From contig DASRDX010000013.1 in assembly GCA_035652395.1 (NCBI GenBank), forward strand, positions 3,255 to 67,254: DNA of 64,000 bases, read 5' to 3'. Position numbers and translations under genes: made by a program. Numbering within the stretch: the first letter of the stretch is position 1; every line of letters begins with the position of its first letter. The notes under the pieces were generated by a model. That model was not told the origin of the DNA. It searched no databases and was given only the letters and a program-made list of their open reading frames with translations. This DNA comes from Minisyncoccota bacterium. GTDB lineage: Bacteria > Patescibacteriota > Minisyncoccia > Phycocordibacterales > CAJBRS01. Positions 15,370-24,586 of the stretch are shown here, piece after piece.

Positions 15370-17241
15370 ATGAAATTAACCTATCACGCGGAACGCAATC
15401 GCTTTGAGGCCGTGCTTGCCACGGGCAATGCTTGGCGAGCGGACTATCAGGCAGTCAAGGGTGCTGGTTTTCGGTGGGACGCGAATATAAAGAGCGTGTG
15501 GTTTACCACGGATTACAACGTGGCGGCGAAGATGGCGAAATATGCCGACGCGGCGGCGGCTAAAATTCTTAATGAAATGTCGCAGCGGGCCGCCGAAAGC
15601 CAAAAAGCCAGCCGTGCCACCGACGCGGCCGTTGAAATTCCTTCGCCTAGCGGTCTTAATTATCTTTCTTATCAAAAAGCGGGCATAGCCTACGCCATCC
15701 ATCGGCCACATACGCTCATTGCGGACGAGATGGGACTCGGCAAGACCATTCAAGCCATCGGCATTGCAAACGCCACTGAAGCAAAGCGTGTCCTAGTTGT
15801 TTGTCCCGCTAGTCTCAAACTTAATTGGATGCGTGAATTTACGAAATGGAACACGATTCCCAATCGAACGATTGCGGTCGCTAACGGTGAATTTCCTTCG
15901 GCTGACGTTGTTATAATCAATTACGACATTCTGAGAAAGCACGAATTCGCTATCCGCTCTATCAATTGGGATTTGCTAATTTGCGATGAGTGCCACTATC
16001 TCAAGAACTACAAAGCGGCGCGAACCCGTCAGGTTTTAGGCGGTGGCAAAGGTGGTGACCGCATAGAACCTATACCAGCGAAACGCAAAATTTTTCTGAC
16101 CGGTACCCCGATTGTCAATCGGCCAATCGAACTGTGGCCACTATTAAAATCTCTAGAACCAAACGGACTAGGACGAAATTGGAAGTACTACGTTTCACGT
16201 TATTGCGACGCGCACCATAATGGCTTTGCGTTGGACGTTTCTGGCGCGAGCAATCTAGAGGAATTGCAGCAAAAGCTTCGGTCGTCCATTATGATTCGTC
16301 GGCTGAAAAAGGATGTATTGGCAGACTTGCCTCCGAAGCGCCGTCAAATCATTGTGCTGGCGTCCGATGGTTTGGATGAAATTATCGAGCGTGAGAAAAA
16401 AGCCTACGAAGCTTTCGAACAGGCTGAATTGGAGTCCAAAACGGCGGCTTTCTCCGTATTGGCCAATCTTCGCCATGACACGGCGAAAGCAAAAATCCCG
16501 TTTGTCTTGGAGCACATTGAGCAAACTTTGGACGAGACAGACAAATTGGTGGTGATGTGCCATCATCATGATGTGGTGGACGCGATTGCCCAAAAATTCT
16601 CCGGTCAATGTGTAACGGTAGATGGCCGTACAGCGGCAGAAGATAGACAAATTGCCGTGGACAAATTTCAAAATGACAAGTCTTGCCGTTTGTTCGTCGG
16701 AACCATTAAAGCGGCTGGCGTCGGATTAACCTTGACGGCTGCATCTACCGTAATATTTGCGGAACTGGATTGGGTGCCCGGCAATGTCACACAGGCTGAA
16801 GACAGATTGCATCGCATCGGGCAAACCAACCCTGTATTGGTGCAACATCTTGTTTTGGACAAATCCTTGGACGCCAGAATGGTCGAAATAATCGTAGAGA
16901 AGCAAGCCAACATCGAACAGGCTCTCGATAAAGTAATTCCTTCGGAGCCACAAATTTATTCGTTCGCGCCAACAGAGAATAATGCTGCTCCAAAGCAAGA
17001 TACGCCAAATTTAACGGATGCCCAAATTGATGCTATTCATCGAGCACTCAAAATATTGGCTAATGCGTGTGACGGGGCACATTTGCTTGATGAATGTGGT
17101 TTTAACAAATTGGACAGCGCGTTTGGCAAGTCTTTGGCAAATGCGCCTCGCCTCACGCAAAAGATGGCACATTGTGGACTTAAGCTAGTTCGTAAATATC
17201 ATCGTCAAATACCACAAGATATTTTGTGTGTACTAGCTTGA
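15370..17241 (+). CDS. SNF2/RAD54-family DEAD-like helicase
   Basis: motifs LIADEMGLGKTIQAIG (I), DECHYLKN (II), LTGTP (III) and a helicase-C block with QAEDRLHRIGQ. Confidence 0.85.
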   Translation: MKLTYHAERNRFEAVLATGNAWRADYQAVKGAGFRWDANIKSVWFTTDYNVAAKMAKYADAAAAKILNEMSQRAAESQKASRATDAAVEIPSPSGLNYLSYQKAGIAYAIHRPHTLIADEMGLGKTIQAIGIANATEAKRVLVVCPASLKLNWMREFTKWNTIPNRTIAVANGEFPSADVVIINYDILRKHEFAIRSINWDLLICDECHYLKNYKAARTRQVLGGGKGGDRIEPIPAKRKIFLTGTPIVNRPIELWPLLKSLEPNGLGRNWKYYVSRYCDAHHNGFALDVSGASNLEELQQKLRSSIMIRRLKKDVLADLPPKRRQIIVLASDGLDEIIEREKKAYEAFEQAELESKTAAFSVLANLRHDTAKAKIPFVLEHIEQTLDETDKLVVMCHHHDVVDAIAQKFSGQCVTVDGRTAAEDRQIAVDKFQNDKSCRLFVGTIKAAGVGLTLTAASTVIFAELDWVPGNVTQAEDRLHRIGQTNPVLVQHLVLDKSLDARMVEIIVEKQANIEQALDKVIPSEPQIYSFAPTENNAAPKQDTPNLTDAQIDAIHRALKILANACDGAHLLDECGFNKLDSAFGKSLANAPRLTQKMAHCGLKLVRKYHRQIPQDILCVLA

Positions 17242-17308
17242 CAAGCGTGGGGCATTGCGCGAAGTTATGTACAATGGCGAATCCACACAGGAGATTATAT
17301 AACACGAA

Positions 17309-17521
17309 ATGGCTAAAACGGAAACCGCCTTGAAAATTGCATTCGATTCCAATCCGAATGGCTGGACACTACAATCTTTTGTTAATGCTGTACGAGAGGG
17401 TTACAAACTTATTTATAAGAATCGGCTGAAATTTGGAGTGTGGGGGCATTCTATCGCAGATTTGGCATTAGAAGGTTTCCGCAGGAGAGGCAATAAATTT
17501 TTTCTTTTTGTAGGGTCGTAA
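17309..17521 (+). CDS. hypothetical protein
   Basis: 70-aa ORF. Confidence 0.35.
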   Translation: MAKTETALKIAFDSNPNGWTLQSFVNAVREGYKLIYKNRLKFGVWGHSIADLALEGFRRRGNKFFLFVGS

Positions 17522-17555
17522 AAGAGCCGAACAGGTTGGAAAAAGGCAAAGAGGT

Positions 17556-17861
17556 TTGACAATGAGCGCAGATAACGGAATTTATATCGGGTGTTTTGCT
17601 GACGGTGAAATTCGAGTGATTCATGCTCAGGCAATCGAGAACCTTTGGTATCCTGACGGAGAGAATCCGAAGTATATAGTGGATTACTTTAGGCACGCGC
17701 CTGTTTTCCATAATATCGGAAAAGCCCGTCAAAAAGCTTTTGAGATGGAACAAGAGATTTTGTCGGATGATTTTTGCCCCGTCCTTGAGTACGGTATTAG
17801 TACTTTGAGATTTTCAAAATCTTTTGCGGAATACGCTAGATTGGAGCGCGAGGCGCGGTAA
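17556..17861 (+). CDS. hypothetical protein
   Basis: 101-aa ORF with RBS AAAGAGG. Confidence 0.4.
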   Translation: MTMSADNGIYIGCFADGEIRVIHAQAIENLWYPDGENPKYIVDYFRHAPVFHNIGKARQKAFEMEQEILSDDFCPVLEYGISTLRFSKSFAEYARLEREAR

Positions 17862-17898
17862 TTTCGGAAAGGGCCTAAAAATCAGTACTAAAGTACTA

Positions 17899-17927
17899 TT
17901 GATTTTAATCGAGAATCGGTTTATTCT
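17899..17927 (+). promoter_or_regulatory. promoter TTGATT-17-TATTCT with upstream AGTACT pair
   Basis: same architecture as the other AGTACT-associated promoters; upstream of the DUF932 gene. Confidence 0.5.
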
Positions 17928-17994
17928 TGTTTCACCACGCAGGGAAGCGGAAAAACATTGAAAGAGCCGAACAGGCTGGAAAGGAAGTTAAAAA

Positions 17995-18798
17995 ATGATT
18001 AGAAACGGCAACCGCAATTACACCCCACTGACCGACGAACAGATACAGGTATTCGCTCCGAGTGCTTTTGCTGGGCAAGCTTGGCGGGAGCGTAGTGAGC
18101 GGTATGCATTTATTCCCACTTCCGAAGTGATTGACGCGATGCGAAATAACGGGTTTTATCCTATTCAAGCCAGCCAATCTAATTCTCGCATCGAAGAAAA
18201 GCATTTTTTCACAAAACATATGATACGTTTCCAATCCCAAGCCGGCGATATGACAAAGGTCGGTGATTCCAAGTTAGAGTTGGTTTTGGTCAATTCCCAT
18301 GACGGTACTTCAGCGTATAAGCTTATGCTTGGGGTATTTCGTCTAGTTTGTTCTAATGGAATGATTGTAAGTGATGGTATGGCGGAATCAATCCATGTTC
18401 GTCACATGGGGAATATCGTCCAAGATGTTTTGACGGGAAGCTTTGAGTTGATTAAGCGTGCTCCTATAGTTGAATCGGCAATTGCGGCATGGCGGCAAAT
18501 TACATTGACTGAAGCAGAACAGCAATCCTTTGCCGAACAAGCCTTGACACTTCGTTATCCCGAAGGTTCGCCTATTACAGCGGAAAAAGCCCTTCGCGTT
18601 CGCCGTTATGACGACAACGGCAGCGACCTGTGGCATGTGTTTAATCGTGTGCAAGAGGCGGTCGTTCGTGGCGGAGACCGTTACTATAATAATGGCCGAC
18701 GCAATAAAACAAGAGAAGTTCGCGGCATAGACCAAAATATCAACCTTAACAGGTCCCTTTGGTCCTTGGCTGAGCAAGTAGCCATATCGAAAATGTAA
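17995..18798 (+). CDS. DUF932 (phage/plasmid-like) protein
   Basis: motifs LVNSHDGTSAYKL and FRLVCSNGM characteristic of the DUF932/TIGR03299 family. Confidence 0.65.
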   Translation: MIRNGNRNYTPLTDEQIQVFAPSAFAGQAWRERSERYAFIPTSEVIDAMRNNGFYPIQASQSNSRIEEKHFFTKHMIRFQSQAGDMTKVGDSKLELVLVNSHDGTSAYKLMLGVFRLVCSNGMIVSDGMAESIHVRHMGNIVQDVLTGSFELIKRAPIVESAIAAWRQITLTEAEQQSFAEQALTLRYPEGSPITAEKALRVRRYDDNGSDLWHVFNRVQEAVVRGGDRYYNNGRRNKTREVRGIDQNINLNRSLWSLAEQVAISKM

Positions 18799-18859
18799 CT
18801 CTCTTCTCACGGCAGGCGCTAGCCGAGAATAGTGCCAAAAAATTTTAGGAATAAAAAAT

Positions 18860-19057
18860 ATGAATAACGGAACTTTTTGTGGTCTTTTAACCTTATTGTT
18901 TATTGCGCTTAAAATTCTTGGGTACATTCATTGGAGTTGGTGGTGGGTGCTCTCCCCATTGTGGATTCCGTTGGTGCTTTTCGTTGTGGTTACGGTTATA
19001 ACACTCGTCTTTATGGGCGTAAGTGTCTCTAAATTACACAAATGGATGAAAAAATGA
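18860..19057 (+). CDS. small two-TM membrane protein
   Basis: 65 aa, two hydrophobic helices, Trp-rich. Confidence 0.45.
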   Translation: MNNGTFCGLLTLLFIALKILGYIHWSWWWVLSPLWIPLVLFVVVTVITLVFMGVSVSKLHKWMKK

Positions 19058-19491
19058 AGATTACAATCAAATCCCAAACAGGCGAAGTGCTCTATACATG
19101 CGAAGCTGAAAGTGTACGGGATGCAGTAGAAGACGCGATTAAGGCGGGTGTGAAATTTGCTAATGCAAATTTTAGGGGCGCAAACTTCAGGGGTGCGGAC
19201 CTTAGCGGCGCACACTTCAAGGGTGCGGACTTCAGGAACGCAAATCTTAGGGGCACAAACTTCAGGGGTGCGGACCTTAGAGACGCGGACATCAGAGGCG
19301 CAAACCTTATCGGCGCAAACCTTAGCGATGCAAATCTCAGAGATGCGGACCTCAGTGACTCGAATCTCATTGGCGCAAACCTTATTGGCGCAAATCTTAG
19401 CGGTGTATATTTCAGGTTTGCGAACCTCAGTGGTGCAAATCTCAGTGACGCAGACCTTAGCGACGCAGACTTCAGCGGCGCAGACTTTTAG
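19042..19491 (+). CDS. pentapeptide-repeat protein
   Basis: about 20 tandem A(N/D)(L/F)xx pentapeptides (ANFRGANFRGADLSGAHFKGADFRNANLRG...). Confidence 0.85.
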   Translation: MDEKMKITIKSQTGEVLYTCEAESVRDAVEDAIKAGVKFANANFRGANFRGADLSGAHFKGADFRNANLRGTNFRGADLRDADIRGANLIGANLSDANLRDADLSDSNLIGANLIGANLSGVYFRFANLSGANLSDADLSDADFSGADF

Positions 19492-19518
19492 GCGCATATT
19501 TTTTGAAAGAGACGAAAA

Positions 19519-19824
19519 ATGAAGATTACAATTAAATCTCAAACGGGTGAAGTGCTCTATACATGCAAAGCTGAGAATATACGGGACGCAGTAGAGACCG
19601 CCATTAAGGCGGGTGTGAAATTAGTTAATGCAAACCTTAGAGGCACACATTTAAATGGTGCGGACCTAAGCGGTGCAAATCTTAGAGGCGTAAATCTCAG
19701 CGGCACATATCTCAGTGGGGCAATCGTCGAAATTGTTCCGCGCATTTCCGTGTTGGAATTAATCATCCACGGTAAGCGGATTGGAGAAGGGCAGATTGCA
19801 TCGGCTTTAAAGCAATTGCGTTAA
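19519..19824 (+). CDS. pentapeptide-repeat protein (shorter paralog)
   Basis: N-terminus MKITIKSQTGEVLYTC.AE..RDAVE.AIKAGVK is nearly identical to the previous ORF, followed by pentapeptide repeats. Confidence 0.8.
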   Translation: MKITIKSQTGEVLYTCKAENIRDAVETAIKAGVKLVNANLRGTHLNGADLSGANLRGVNLSGTYLSGAIVEIVPRISVLELIIHGKRIGEGQIASALKQLR

Positions 19825-19834
19825 GGAAAGGCGG

Positions 19835-20059
19835 ATGGTAAAAATGCGTTCAAGAAACATGAAAAGTCTGATTGGTATGGCGAAGCTTATTCGGGCCGAA
19901 AGGATGCGATTTGAGAGCGAGTATCGGGAAAGATTGCGGCAAATTCGTGAGCGGCAGATAGCCGCCGAACTTCGAGAAGAGGGAGACGATTGCACGGCAA
20001 GCGTAAGTGAAATGACACGCGAATTTATTGAAGCGGACCATTTTGGGAGAGACCATTGA
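19835..20059 (+). CDS. hypothetical protein
   Basis: 74-aa charged, coiled-coil-like ORF. Confidence 0.4.
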   Translation: MVKMRSRNMKSLIGMAKLIRAERMRFESEYRERLRQIRERQIAAELREEGDDCTASVSEMTREFIEADHFGRDH

Positions 20060-20316
20060 TTACTTCTGAAAGAGTACAAGAATGGTTAGAGGAGTACGGC
20101 GAAGTTGATTTGCTAAACGAAGCAGCTTGCCGTTCTTTGGCCGAAAAATTGGCCAAACGCATTAACAGCGAGATTTTGCATCTTGAGAATGATAATAAGA
20201 AAAAACACATTCAAGAGAGCGGACCTAGGTGTAAAAATTGTGGGGCATTTACAACCTATATGCGTGTTTATACACACGGGTTGTGTATGCGATGTGAAAA
20301 TTTCAAAGGAAAGTAG
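20056..20316 (+). CDS. hypothetical zinc-ribbon protein
   Basis: C-terminal CKNCG...CMRC. Confidence 0.4.
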   Translation: MITSERVQEWLEEYGEVDLLNEAACRSLAEKLAKRINSEILHLENDNKKKHIQESGPRCKNCGAFTTYMRVYTHGLCMRCENFKGK

Positions 20317-20336
20317 GTATTGGTTTTGGGAGGAAA

Positions 20337-20832
20337 AGTACTATTAAAAAATGAAACTAAAGTACTATTGTATTTAATCCTAGATTGGTGTACTATGGTT
20401 TTAATAAGTGGTATCAACCCGCTAGACCTCGTACGAGTCATAAGTGCGGGATATGATGGCCGGAAGCGGAAGGCCCAAGACCGCTTATTAAGTGGGGCGG
20501 GGTAGATGCCCGCCCTACTTAAAATGGGAAAAATGTAAAAGTCTGATTGGGTATGCGTATTTATTGTGTATATGCGATGGGATGAAAAGTACTATTAAAA
20601 AATGAAACTAAAGTACTATTGTATTTAATTCGAGATTGATATATTATGGTTTTTGAGAACGACACCTTTACCGAAATTCAAAGGGGTTTTCGGACGCTAC
20701 TTAAAAGTACCGAAACGCGGGCGTAGCGTTGGATGCGGGTTCGACTCCCGCCGTTCTTAAAAAATTTTTGCTGTGACGCGTTTTAGTAGGGTGGGGACGC
20801 TCACCCTACTTAAAATGGGAAAAATATAAAAG
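20337..20832 (+). promoter_or_regulatory. tandemly duplicated promoter-leader module (two copies of about 250 bp)
   Basis: near-identical 55-bp AAAAGTACTATTAAAAAATGAAACTAAAGTACTATTGTATTTAAT at 20337 and 20586; promoters TTGTAT-17-TACTAT (20368-20396) and TTGTAT-17-TATTAT (20619-20647); each leader ends in a covarying hairpin (20490-20520, 20785-20810) followed by CTTAAAATGGGAAAAATNTAAAAG. Confidence 0.55.
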
Positions 20833-20839
20833 AGGTGAA

Positions 20840-21085
20840 ATGAAAACTCAATATAGCGTATCAGAAGAAGTTAGAGCCGCCGTGGAACATTTAATTCAAG
20901 TAGGCGTTAAGCACAAAATGCTAGTGGCAGGTTTTGTTTTTTCGGCTAATCCGCCGTCCATCATAAACTTTGGTAATTGTACAGATTACAGTAAGGCGAG
21001 CCTATATAATTCACTTTGCGAATTGGCGGAACGCCAACGCAATTCCGGCCATTTTTGTACGGAAACGGTTGGTGTGGTACAATAA
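20840..21085 (+). CDS. hypothetical protein
   Basis: 81-aa ORF with RBS AAAGAGGTGAA. Confidence 0.45.
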   Translation: MKTQYSVSEEVRAAVEHLIQVGVKHKMLVAGFVFSANPPSIINFGNCTDYSKASLYNSLCELAERQRNSGHFCTETVGVVQ

Positions 21086-21116
21086 GTTTGTAAAAAATGA
21101 AGGGAGATAAAAGAAA

Positions 21117-21800
21117 ATGTTGAATAAGCATAATTTGAATGTGGCTAAGTTCATATGCAAAGATTCTTCTAGATATAATCTTAGTGCAATTTATGTGAAG
21201 CCCGAAGCTACGGTAGCCACCAATGGGCATTATTTGGTGTGGTGTTCGTCCGATTCTGTTTCGAGCAAGCATTTTCCTGTTGTTCCGAATTTTGCTGGTG
21301 CACAGGATACTTTCAAGCCTTTTTTGCTCGACGCGGCAAAAGCCAATGAGATTGCCAAGGCTGTTCCGAAGAAGTCAAAGATTGAGAATGTCGCGGTTAA
21401 CGTGGAACAAAACGAATTAGGAGAGACGCAAGCAACATTTGCTGTAACCGATTTAGAGAGTCCTCAAGTGTTTTCGGCTAAGTCTGAATCAGGCCAATTT
21501 CCAAATTATGATACGGTTGTGCCGAAGTGGGAAAACGCAAAATTTCGCATTGCGTTAAATGCGGCGTATCTTGCTAAAATTGCGAAGGCTTTCGAACAGT
21601 TTTCTGAAAAGCCGTCAAATTTAGTTGTGTTGTCATTCTATGGAAGCGACGAAGCAATGCGCTTTGACGGTACGCGGAACGGGCAAGGTATGACGGCTGT
21701 ATTTGATGCCCATCCGTGGGGCCGACGACCAACCCGGAACATACGGTTGGGCCGAAAGAGAGGAGCAACGGAAAGCCGAGGCACAAAGAAAAAAGCCTAA
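21117..21800 (+). CDS. hypothetical protein, possible sliding-clamp-like fold
   Basis: segment TVATNGHYLVW resembles the beta-clamp ATDGHRLAV motif (weak); basic C-terminal tail. Confidence 0.3.
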   Translation: MLNKHNLNVAKFICKDSSRYNLSAIYVKPEATVATNGHYLVWCSSDSVSSKHFPVVPNFAGAQDTFKPFLLDAAKANEIAKAVPKKSKIENVAVNVEQNELGETQATFAVTDLESPQVFSAKSESGQFPNYDTVVPKWENAKFRIALNAAYLAKIAKAFEQFSEKPSNLVVLSFYGSDEAMRFDGTRNGQGMTAVFDAHPWGRRPTRNIRLGRKRGATESRGTKKKA

Positions 21801-21903
21801 TAATAAGGCAAATAAAGAGTAAAAATGGCCCCAATTATTTTAATTTTTTGCTTGCTTTTTCTGATTCCTTTGAGTAGAATATTGGAAGTTTTAGGGAGGC
21901 GAA

Positions 21904-22299
21904 ATGACAGAATACGAAAACGTTAAATGCCAATTGCAATTTAAGGGCTGCAAAGGCCCGGCGGGATATTTACGTCGCAGGCAGTTTGCTCAATCGGGAC
22001 CTTGGTTGGATGCTTGCGAAAATTGTGCGCGGGTGCCATATGAAGTGCCGAAGCAGTTTCAGCAAACCGAGCCTACGGCGGAGCCTAATACGGCAGAGCC
22101 TAATACGGCAGAGCCTAACACGGCAGAGCCTAACACGGCAGAGCCTAACACTACAGAGCCTAACACGGCGGAGCCTAATACTAGTCCTACTTCTAAACTT
22201 ATCCAATGTTCTGTGGAGGGGTGCAAAAATCAGTTTCCGCGCAGTCGGGGCAGGTATCCTCAAAAATTTTGTCTCGAACATAGGAGTATGCCGCGATGA
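21904..22299 (+). CDS. Cys-rich (zinc-finger-like) protein with internal (TAEPN)n repeat
   Basis: CxxC pairs at both ends; central 7.5 x 15-bp tandem repeat. Confidence 0.5.
   Translation: MTEYENVKCQLQFKGCKGPAGYLRRRQFAQSGPWLDACENCARVPYEVPKQFQQTEPTAEPNTAEPNTAEPNTAEPNTAEPNTTEPNTAEPNTSPTSKLIQCSVEGCKNQFPRSRGRYPQKFCLEHRSMPR
22069..22182 (+). repeat. 15-bp tandem repeat GAGCCTAA(T/C)ACGGCA, about 7.5 copies
   Basis: seen directly; in-frame within CDS 21904-22299. Confidence 0.9.
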
Positions 22300-22529
22300 A
22301 ATTTCGTTTGATAGATGTGCACAACGCTCGAATTATCGGGCGCGCTCAAACGAAAATTAAAGAGCCGCAACCTCTAAGTGTGCCGCCGTCGGGTTTGACC
22401 GACCTTGTTATTAACGGCGAAAAATGTACTCACGGAGTTTACATTCCAGAAAATTCGAAATTTCCGCGCGGCATTGCACCTTATTGTTCGATTTGCAGAC
22501 CGTTTGAAATTATCTCTAAAGAGCGTTGA
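22296..22529 (+). CDS. hypothetical protein
   Basis: 77-aa ORF. Confidence 0.35.
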   Translation: MKFRLIDVHNARIIGRAQTKIKEPQPLSVPPSGLTDLVINGEKCTHGVYIPENSKFPRGIAPYCSICRPFEIISKER

Positions 22530-22559
22530 AAATTCTTAACCGAGGGAGAGAGGGAGGAC

Positions 22560-22754
22560 GTGCCAACATACGAACAAACATACGAACGGTACAAGGCATT
22601 CAAATACTTTACTGTTGGTGTGTTTGGATATAATAATAAACGACCTGATAAAGTAATAATTGAAGATATTGATTATTATATAAGTTGCGACAAGCGGCCT
22701 AAGGCTGCGGCAAAGGAATTGAGACGTATTGCAGATTGGTTGGATACTCTATGA
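22560..22754 (+). CDS. hypothetical protein
   Basis: 64-aa ORF with RBS GAGGGAGGACG. Confidence 0.4.
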   Translation: MPTYEQTYERYKAFKYFTVGVFGYNNKRPDKVIIEDIDYYISCDKRPKAAAKELRRIADWLDTL

Positions 22755-22939
22755 AAAATAATGTTGATGACGGGTTGGAAATTAAAGTTATAAATTTTTT
22801 TCGGCTATTTCCTGACGGAGCGTCCAAAGAAGAATTGGATGCCTTACGACGTATTACTGATTATGCCGTGGAACAGGACAGGAAAGGACGAGATGATTAC
22901 AATCTTGGAAAAAATACTTTCAAGACTGTTTCCTCCTAA
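22736..22939 (+). CDS. hypothetical protein
   Basis: 67-aa ORF. Confidence 0.3.
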   Translation: MVGYSMKNNVDDGLEIKVINFFRLFPDGASKEELDALRRITDYAVEQDRKGRDDYNLGKNTFKTVSS

Positions 22940-23170
22940 ATTGGGCGCTATTTTACATTATAGAGATGTTCAAAGAAGTCTAGATTTTCAGACACGATGT
23001 GCTAGACATGGAAACGGTATTGTTTATTCGTCCATTGGAAATATTAAAGAGTACCCAAAGGTTGAACCGACGACGCCAAAAGAAAGAAGGTTGTATGCGA
23101 TTTATTCTGATAGATGCCAAAAAGCTACTAAAGTTATATAGCTCGAAATGTACGGGCTTGCGGTGATGCG

Positions 23171-23491
23171 GTGAATTTCCCATTCTCCACGCAACACTGC
23201 ATAGCACCGTCCGTTGTGATGGGAGCAGGTGGTCATTGTAAGTCACGGCTCGTTTCGTTTCCCGCCAAGGACACGCTAAAGGAAGCAAAGAAACACGAAC
23301 GTCCAAAAGCACAAGGCAGTTTGTGGTTTACTGCTAGAAAACTTAAAATAGAACGAATATTAGTCGGCCTTATAGGTGTAATGATTTGTTCGCTTGCGAT
23401 GGCGGAGGCCAAGCCAATTCAAAAAATGCCCGATGCAAAGCGAAGAAATGAAATAAGGCAAGCTCTTATAAGCAAGGGCTACGACCCCTGA
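23171..23491 (+). CDS. hypothetical protein
   Basis: 106-aa ORF with one TM-like segment. Confidence 0.35.
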   Translation: MNFPFSTQHCIAPSVVMGAGGHCKSRLVSFPAKDTLKEAKKHERPKAQGSLWFTARKLKIERILVGLIGVMICSLAMAEAKPIQKMPDAKRRNEIRQALISKGYDP

Positions 23492-23672
23492 AAAGATTGG
23501 AAAGATACATTAATCGTGCTGCGACGAATTGCTGAAGAACACCATTGGCAGCATCATTACGTGCCCGATGCGCGTGTTTTGATTCTCTTGGGTTTGGGAA
23601 ACGAACATTCGGATTCAAGCATATTAAATGAACCGCTTTCTCGTTTGGAGAAACCAAATTAAGGAGAATGTG

Positions 23673-24371
23673 ATGACGCTCTACAAAGTTCTGAATGAGG
23701 ACGGAACTCCGTTTTGGGGTGGCAGAGGCAGGTGGCATCTGCCTAGTGGCAAACGAAAGGGCAAATGGATGCCGCCCATCAAGCGTCTTTTGCCGTGCAG
23801 GCGTGGGTATCACGTTCTGAAGCCGGAGCAACTAATTGAGTGGCTTGGTCCTGCCATCTTTGAGGCGGAAGTACGAGGCAAGCAAATTTGGAGGGACGAC
23901 AAAGGTGTGGTGGAACAGGCTAGATTGGTCCGTAAGCTAAAATGGGACGAACAGATAGCGAGACTTTTCGCATGCGATTGCGCCGAATCGGTTGTACACT
24001 TAGTTAAAGATGAGCGCAGCATTAACGCAATTCGCGTATCACGTAGATTTGCGTTCGGTTTGGCTAGCGAAGAAGAATTGGCGGCGTCTCACGAAGGGGC
24101 GTGGAAGGCAGCGTGTGGTGCGGCGGGGGCGGCATGGGAGGCAGCGCGGTTGGCGGGGGAGGCGTGCGCGTCGGCATGGGCAGCGTGGTCGGCGGCGCGC
24201 GCCGCCAGAGAGGCGGCGCATGCCGCAAGGACGGCGTTGCCGTTGGGGGATGCGATGTTGGCGGCATCCCGCGCCGCATCGGCGGCGTTGGTGGATGCAC
24301 AAACAAAGCGTTTATTTCAGTATCTGAATGGCGAAGTGGACTTGAAAGAAATTCGTAGGAGTGTGGCATGA
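23673..24371 (+). CDS. hypothetical protein with Ala/Trp-rich C-terminal low-complexity region
   Basis: start set at MTLYKV (RBS AAGGAGAATGTG); the C-terminus is encoded by a GC-rich island. Confidence 0.45.
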   Translation: MTLYKVLNEDGTPFWGGRGRWHLPSGKRKGKWMPPIKRLLPCRRGYHVLKPEQLIEWLGPAIFEAEVRGKQIWRDDKGVVEQARLVRKLKWDEQIARLFACDCAESVVHLVKDERSINAIRVSRRFAFGLASEEELAASHEGAWKAACGAAGAAWEAARLAGEACASAWAAWSAARAAREAAHAARTALPLGDAMLAASRAASAALVDAQTKRLFQYLNGEVDLKEIRRSVA

Positions 24372-24586
24372 GGGATGGTGCGGCGTAGGTTGCCCAAATC
24401 GAGAGAGCACACAAAAAGAAAATGGGTTCGACATTTGAAAAGATTATGCGTTTTCTATTACAAAGCTGGCAGATGATAATGAGAGGGTTAGTCTATGTCC
24501 TGTACATTCTTGGAAGTCTTTGCTTTCTTGCAGGAAGCATTATTAGTCTTGTCAAAAATGTTAAAAGAAATTGAGAGAGCATCCGA

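Noticed and set aside
24010-24414. Arg/Pro-rich ORFs on both strands
   Set aside because: Frame-shifted readings of the GC-rich low-complexity island; only the 23673-24371 frame has a start with an RBS.
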